In this document: positions 56,430-64,000 of the stretch, piece by piece | Position numbering within the stretch: the first letter of the stretch is position 1 | How the letters are laid out: the number at the start of each line of letters is the position of its first letter | Origin: the human T2T-CHM13v2.0 reference genome, Homo sapiens | Assembly: GCF_009914755.1 (NCBI RefSeq) | Contig: NC_060933.1 | Reading direction: 5' to 3' (one strand) | Length of the DNA stretch: 64,000 nucleotides | The notes under the pieces: generated by a model | Told to the model about the DNA's origin: nothing | The model's input: the letters and a program-made list of their open reading frames with translations, nothing else | Database searches by the model: none | Translations under genes and position numbers: made by a program

Positions 56430-56660
56430 GGGAGTGCAGTATAGGAACACAAGCTCTAGATTCAAAGCATTCTAGGTTTAATTTCAACTCTACCACTGCC
56501 TATATGCTGACCTTGGAAAACTAAATTTTAAAGTGGGGATAATATACTTATTGGGTTAAGGTGCAGATTTGTTGAGATAAGGCATGTAAAATTCCTAGTA
56601 TAGTAGCCGCCATATAGCAAGCTTTAAATATCAGTTTTCATTTATTAATCGCTATTATTA
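56430..56660 (+). mobile_element. MIR SINE
   Basis: 'gctctagattcaaagcattctaggtt...ctctaccactg...tgaccttgg...aagtggggataata'. Confidence 0.65.
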
Positions 56661-58180
56661 AATACACCTTTCTCTTGTGTGAAACAAAGGACCACATTAA
56701 CCCAGTTTATCCAAGTGGATCCAATAAAGTCCTTAAGACATTACTGATTATTCAAATAAATAAAGCTATATACTTTCTTATAACAGAGAACTTTATTTAC
56801 CTAGAAAATACAGCTTTTTAAAAAGCTGCCTACAGTGAATGTGTGACTTGGTATATGTTTCTAGGTATTCATATCTAATATAAGTAAAACCAGTTTGAAA
56901 ATCAATGATGTCTCATTAGCACTACATGCCATAAATGTGTGTGTGTTTAAAGAGCTTTTAGCTGAAAAGGAAAAAAGGTCACCTACGTATTTGAAAGACT
57001 GCAGCCAAAGATTGAAGGAGATATTTTACTATTCTTCATTTTATGTCTAAGCTTTGCTAAGATCAATGAATTCCAAATCATGCATCAGTTAGTAGGTGCA
57101 GAGAAAATGCTTTAATGTCTGGAAATTTCATCAATCTCATTTCTCTGTCACAAAAGGAATTGCTTAAATGAGTGTTCTTGAGACCAACATGGTAAAATTA
57201 CATATCAGGCATCTAAATATATGTAAATATCAAAAAGGTGTGCATTTTCAACAATATATTCTGGTTTTCAGAGAATTAGTTTTGAACCAGCCACTGGTTT
57301 CCCAAAATATAGCTCACCATTATCGACCAGTACATCACAGTTGATGTACTGCAGTGTAACAAAGAACTGTCAGCTATGGGATGGTAAATACGATACATGC
57401 TTCCTGCTGCTTTATCGTATATGCACATTCTTCCCCAAATAGTTTAGCAAACGTTTGCCTCCTACACACAAATCGCAAGAATGCCGACACTCTCAGGAGA
57501 CCACTAAAATCCACAGCTGCATTATTTTCCTTTCTCTTAAGGGGAAAAGTTTAAAAATAACCAACTTTTTTCAGCCATGTCTTTTCCCTAGGAATCACTT
57601 TGTTTTCATATTTTCTGCCTCTCTGTTAAAATTGAAAACATGAATGCTTCATTGCCTAAGAAACTGAGTAAACTTGCTTTCTGAAATGTACCTTTTAATG
57701 TCTTTTATGATTTTGTTTTTCTTCCCTTATTTGCACTCTCAGCTGTGGATGAATTTCCATGCAATGCATCATTTCTTTAAGAGTTTACACACCAGAAGAA
57801 ATAAAAATGGAAAATGGTATCTATTAAGAGAAAACAGCTTTCCCAAGTCCCCAGCAGATGCTGTCGGTGAGCAGCCCTCTGTTTACTCAGCACAGCAGAT
57901 CAGCTTAACCCTCCATAGGGTTGCCCTAAAGAAAGGAACATATTTCTGGTTGTTAAACAAATGAAGGCACTTTTAACTTGAGTTTACCATCCTATTGTTT
58001 CAGAATACAGTGTGGACCTGGGGGTTTGTAAATTTAAGCCACATATCATTCCACTTTGGCTAATAATATTTCTATTTTTTTATATCCCACCAGCTTCTGT
58101 ATGATCAATTGCCCATGATCAACTTCAGATTTTGTGCTTCCTTCCACACATCAAAACATATATGCCCACGAGAGATGTCC

Positions 58181-58671
58181 TTTTTAAAAATTTTTATTTC
58201 AATAGTTTTTGGGGAACAGTGGTGTTTTCTTACATGGATAAGTTCCTCACTGGTAATTTCTGAGATTTTGGTGCACCTGTCACTTGAGCAGTGTACACTG
58301 TACCCAATATATAGTCAGTTATCCCTCACCTCCCTCCCACTCTTCCCCCGATCCCAAAGTCCATTATATCATTCTTATACCTTTGTGTCCTCATAGCTTA
58401 GTTCCCACTTATAAGTGAGAACATACAATATTTGGTTTTCTATTCCTGAGTTACTTCACTTAGAATAATGATCTCCAACTCCATCCAGGTTGCTGCGAAT
58501 GCCATTATTTTGTCCTTTTTTGTGGCTGAATAGCATTCTATGGTGTATATATGCCAATTTTTTTTTTTACCCACTAGGTGGTTGGTGGGCATTTTGGCTG
58601 GTTCCATATTTTTGCAATTGCAAATTGTGCTGCTCTAAACATAGGTTTGCAAGCATCTTTTGCATATAATG
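58181..58671 (-). mobile_element. L1PB1-like 5'-truncated 3' end
   Basis: 'tttatttcaatagtttttggggaacagtggtg...tttctgagattttggtgcacc'; near-TSD gatgtcctttt / gatgtctttt. Confidence 0.85.
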
Positions 58672-58922
58672 GATGTCTTTTGTTTTTATACATTTATTCT
58701 TTTTAACAAAAGGCTGTGGTTTTCTCTTCATACTTCTCTTCATAGCATAAGGTATCATCAGTGAATCTTTCTGCATTGGAGGCAATTCAATGGTTTGTGA
58801 ACAAAAGTCTTTGGCCTGTCTTCATCTGGGCAGGAGCATGACGATATGCAGATATCCATCTGAACAGATCTGTGATGCAAAAGAGGGGTAGTGCTAAGTC
58901 TTGTACTAAACGGTGCATGACT

Positions 58923-59312
58923 TGATATACTTAGGTTTTTCTCTCCCCACCTGAATCTCATCTTGAATTGTAATCTACATAATCCTCATCATCTCCATGT
59001 GTGAAGGGAGAGACCAGGTGCAGGTAATTGAATCATTGGGGTGGTTTCTCCCATGCTGTTCTCGTGATAGTGAGTGAGTTCTAACGAGATCTGAGGTTTT
59101 ATAAGTGGTTCTTTCCCTCCGCTCAGCAATTCTCCTTCCTGCCATCTTGTGAAGAAGGTGTTTTGCTTCCCTTTTATCTCCTGCCATGATTGTAAGTTTC
59201 CTGAGGCCTCCCCAGCCATGCTGAAATGTGAGTCAATTAAAACTCTTTCCTTTATAAATTACCCAGTCTTGGGTATTTCCTTATAGCAATGTGAGGACGG
59301 ACCGATAGTACA
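58923..59312 (+). mobile_element. MSTA/THE1D-type (ERVL-MaLR) solo LTR
   Basis: 'tgatata...aatctcatcttgaattgtaatc...ggtaattgaatca...ttgtgaagaaggtg...gattgtaagtttcctgaggcctccccagccatgctg...ttatagcaatgtga'. Confidence 0.85.
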
Positions 59313-59964
59313 ACTCATACAAGCAGTCTCAGAAGGGATGAGACCTGAGAAGTGTCAGTGGGGCAGAATATCTGCTTTGTAATCTAAACATTATGGGGAG
59401 GGATGTGATCAAGTGAATTTGTTAAGTGGCAGCCTGATGCCCCATTTCTCTATGTCTCCGCTATTCATGGCTTGTACCATCTCTGTCAATTGTGTATAGA
59501 CACTGAAACATTACATACTACTCTGTAAGCTAAGTTCCCTACACTGGGTACTTCCAAGCCTATGAACTCATTTGCTAACCAAGAACAAGAGTCGCCCACC
59601 TCAAAGTGGTTTTAGAGATGAAATTTATATCATACTGAAGAGGAGTCAGGTGGTTTCAGAATCACTGTTTGGACCTTGAAATAGAAATGCTTGTTCATAA
59701 TTAAGAGATTTAAAAGAAGCAGCAGCAGCAGCTGAAGACGTTTAAATCTTCTTTCCCAGTCATTCACTATGAAATCTAACTCCATTCCTGGAGCGAAAAT
59801 TGATGGCATTTAGGACTTTAGTGTTTTCCAGGTATCAATAAATCCCTGCTAGTGTCTCTCAGTTTTTCTAATAGCCAGGAGGACCAGTAATAAAGTACAA
59901 TAAAAGGATTTAGTAAAAGAAGTAACATTTCCTCATATCATTAAGATACATTTTAGGCATTCTT

Positions 59965-62900
59965 TTAACATCTGTTATTTGAGTAGCCCATATTTTTTAC
60001 AATTAATTTTTAGCCATTTTATTATGAAATACTACAAATTAATTAAACAAAATGAATAGCTCCTTGTTTGTTACAAATCTGTCACCTTTTATCACCAACG
60101 GTATCATGTAATCAGACACTGGTAAGATAGCAGAATACCCCTCACACCTCTAATCAATCATTAGTACATGTCCCACCTCACTAATAATTGCTTCCTTTTG
60201 TTTATAATTTCATCACCTAATCATGTACTGCTAAACACTAGAGTTCAGCTTTATTATTTTTAGGGCTTAATTTAAATGGAACCATACAGCATGTATTCTT
60301 TTAAGTCTAGCTTAGTTTGCTACATGTTATCTTTGTGAAATTGTCCATAATGTTGCATGTAACTGTTTATTGTCATTGATATATAATATCCCTTCATATG
60401 ATTATAGCACATTAAAAATCATTTATAATGTTGATTAATGTTTGGGTTGTGGCCTGTTTTGGGTTCTTACAAGCAATGCAATGATTAAAATTCTTGTTTA
60501 TGTCTCGTAGTGCACAATTGCTCACATTTCTATTCGTTGTATATATAACCAGGAGTGTAACTGCTGAGTGAAAGAGTGTGCATATCTTGAACTTTATTTG
60601 ATAGAATCAAACAGTTATCCAAAGTGCTATTTCTGGAATTTCACACCCATCAACAATGGATTTCTATGCTTTTATGGATTTGTTTCTGGATTTTCTGTTC
60701 CAGTCTGTTTTTCTATTTGTCTATCTCTTCCCAATTACTATGGTTTTTCTTTTTTTTTTTTTAAATGCTTGCTTTTAAATTTCTTTCTTTGTTAAACAGT
60801 TCCATTCACTGAAAGAAAATAGCATATAATCAATTCTTAAAGCATGCTTAGATCTATCTTTTAAATGTGTTTATGTAAACCTGTTATAAGAACTAACGCA
60901 AAAAGAAAAGAAACTTTTAAATTTGCAGTAGCTATAAAATAAACAGCAACATCTGGTATAGTAAGTCCATTAGACATCTTAAGGAGTGTTGTGGCTATCT
61001 TGTGCCTTGGTATTCCCAAATATATTTAGGAATTCACTTGTCAGTATATAAACATTCGCACAGTTATTGAGATTTTGATTGAGATTGAATCTATAAATGA
61101 GTAGTAGAATTTATGTCGTTACAATATTAAATCTTCTGTCAATAAACATGATTCATTATTTTGTTGATTAGATCTTATTCCTCCATAATGTTTTATAATT
61201 ATCTAGAAGAGGTATACGTATCTTTTTAATAGATTAATTCCTAATTATTTGGTATTTTTAGGATATTATAAATGGCACCTTTTATATTTTACTTCTGAAT
61301 ACTTTTGCTGATACATAGAAATGCAATTAATTTTTATATATTGATGTTGTATAAGCAACTTTATTAAACCCATGATTTAGGCAGTAATTTAGTTGTAAAA
61401 TTTTCGGTTTTTTCTTTTTTTTTGAAAACACATAACATATTTGCATATTGAGAGTTTTATTTTTTTCCAGTTCTTACACTTTTGATTTGTTTTTGTTCAT
61501 GATGGTTCCAATACTTTAAAATTAAATAAAATGCTTATATGGGTTTTTTTTATAATAACCTTTAATTAAGGAGAAATTTTCATTCACAGTTTGCAAAATT
61601 TTTTTTCATTCATTAATTATTTTTGATTGTGGTAAAATACACATAGCATGAAATGTATTATCTTAAGGAATTTTAAGTGTACAATTTAGTGGCATTAAGT
61701 ATATTCATTGTTGTACAACCATTGCTACCGTCCATCTCAAGAACTCTTTTCTTCTTAACAAAACTGACATTCTGTACTGATCAAACAATAACTTTTCATT
61801 CACCCCTTTTTACAACCCCTGTCAACCACCCCCCTTCTTTCTGCCTCTGTGAATTTAACTACTAATCTATATACCTCATATAAGTTGAATCACACATTAT
61901 TTGCCCTTTTGTGTCTATTTTATTTCACTTCACATGCCCTCAATGTCCATCCATGTTGTAGCATGTATCAGAATTTCCTTCAAGGCTGAAAAATATTCCA
62001 TTGTAGGTGTGCATGGCATTTTGTTTATGCATTCATCGTTGATAGACCTTTGAGTTGCTTCTAACTTTTGGCCATTCATTGTAAATAATATTTCCTTGAA
62101 AATGAGTGGAAAAATATCTGTTTTCATGCTTTCAATTATTTCAGGTCTATATCCAGAAGTGGATCTGCTTCTGGTAATGGGAATTCTCTTTATATTGTTT
62201 TGAGAAACTGCCACACTGTTTTCCAGAGAGGTGGCAACATTTTACATTCTCAACAAAATGGTGCACAAGGGTTTAAATTTCTTCACAACCTTGCTTCTAA
62301 GCAAGGATGCTTTTTAAAAGTTGAGAATTGAGGTTGAATTTTATCAAATGGCTTACAGCCTTTATTATGGTGATAATATGTTATTTCTTTTCTTTGTTCT
62401 ATTTATGTGGTGAATTACACTGATTGATTTTAAAAAAGAATCCACTTTGCATTCCTGGAATTAACACAAATTGTTCCTGATATTTTGGCCTGTTTATATA
62501 TTATTGGCTAGAATTTCCAATACTTGTTTAAAATTTTTGCATTTATGTTTATGAAAGATTTGTTTATCAATTTTTCTTTCTAATTATTTTTGGTATCAGA
62601 GTCATGCTGTACTCATAAAATAATTTGGGTAATCTTTTTTATTATTTAGTGGGAGACTGTATGAAAGATTGATGTGACTTCTTCCTTAAATGTTTGGCAG
62701 AATGTGCTGCGGAAGCCATTAGGCAGATATTTTTTGTTGTTGTTGTATAAGCTGATTCTTAATTTTAGATTAAATATATTGTTAAAATACTGAACTGTTC
62801 ATCTTGTCTGTTTTGTTTTGTGTTTGTTTTATTACGTTGTCCTTTTTTCAGCCTTTGTGCATTTCATCTAGTTTCCAATTTTTAGTATGTAATGTCCCGT

Positions 62901-63330
62901 TAGGGTTATTTTAATATTTTGGGATGTATAATGGTCTCCCTTTTTGTATTCTTGGTATTTGTGTGTTTTTTTTTTTACATTTTTCTTCATCAGTTTCCCC
63001 ATGGTTTATCAAGTTTATTCGTTTTTTTTAAACAAGCAATTAAACAAGTGTTTGACTATCCTTTCTGTTGTATTTTTCTATTTAGTTAATTTCTGTGCAT
63101 TTCTTTATCATTTTCTTCTTTTTACTATCTTTGGGATTAATTTTGTTCCTTTTCTTAAGACGAATGTTTAGATAATTAATTTTTAACCTTCTCTGTAAAG
63201 ATGTGCATTTAAATTACAAAAATTCTGTATAAAATCAGCATATACACATGTCGCAAGTTTTGATATGTAGAATGTTAAAATGTAGTTTAATAACTATTTT
63301 TAAATTTTTATTATGCCTTCTTGAACCAGT
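59965..63330 (-). mobile_element. Old L1M fragments, with a nested L1MB-type element at ~61620-62300
   Basis: Antisense L1M 3' end at ~60000; L1MB terminus 'ttgtggtaaaatacacatagcatgaaa...ttttaagtgtacaatttagtggcattaagtatattca'; ORF 61930-62214 'KEILIHATTWM' is L1-derived. Confidence 0.7.
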
Positions 63331-64000
63331 GTACCCTAATGATAATTTTTATCTTTTGGCAATTCATTTTCTCCCTATGATTTAGATATCCACTCAATTT
63401 CATTACTTCTATATCTCTTTCTTTAAAAAAAAATTTAGTAATAGGTTTTGCTGAGAGAATACATTTTTAAACTCAATTATTTCTAAAGCATAAAAAGAAA
63501 GGATTAAAAATTTAAATTTTCCTAACACCTACCATATTCTGTATTGTCTTTTATCATTTATTATCTACCTTTCAACTTCTACCTTTATGGATTTCTTTCT
63601 GTTTGTGCTTTCTTGTCACCTACTTCATAAGTTTTTGTTCTTGTCTCAAGATAACTTTGATATTGCTCTCTTGTTTCCTAAGACAATGGCCAAATTCTGT
63701 TTGTAGTCTTTATTTACATTTTCTTTCTTTTTTCAATTTATATGATAACTCTACAAAAAAGATTTACAGGCAGCTTACAAAACAGTTATCTATCTTACCA
63801 AGCTATAAACATTGGAAATTTTTTGCCCTCATGGCTTTTATTTTCTCTTGACTTCCTTTTTACCTATATAAATCTTACTTATCACACAGATTATATACCA
63901 TCTGTATTCTGTATCATAATTTCCTAGCCCTTCATTTGTGCCTCTATGTTAACTTTCTGCACACTGTACATTGTTTTATTTTAGATGTTCATTCTAGAAA

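Overview
AT-rich, CpG-poor, repeat-dense mammalian non-coding DNA. It is almost certainly human, because it carries an Alu with the diagnostic substitutions of the human-specific AluYg6 subfamily. I recognise no protein-coding exon, RNA gene, CpG island or prokaryotic system. The ORF track is explained by Alu, L1, ERV-L and MaLR sequence or by chance. Contents: 10 Alus; many L1 fragments (including a twin-primed inverted L1PA15/16 and a 104-bp L1PA stub with an 18-bp TSD); HAL1, L2 and MIR relics; an LTR-less 3.7-kb ERV-L gag-pol remnant; solo LTRs (THE1C, THE1D, MSTA-like, MLT1A, LTR16, LTR33, MER57); and hAT MITEs (MER5, MER58A, MER103). The most interesting unexplained signal is a ~155-nt GC-richer island at 38797-38951, inside a repeat-poor block (~37-43.3 kb). 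By eye it folds into a nested multi-stem structure whose non-Watson-Crick pairs within helices are G.U on the + strand, making it a candidate structured RNA or ancient palindromic element. Repeat subfamily names come from recalled consensus sequences, not a database search, and boundaries of old elements are approximate.
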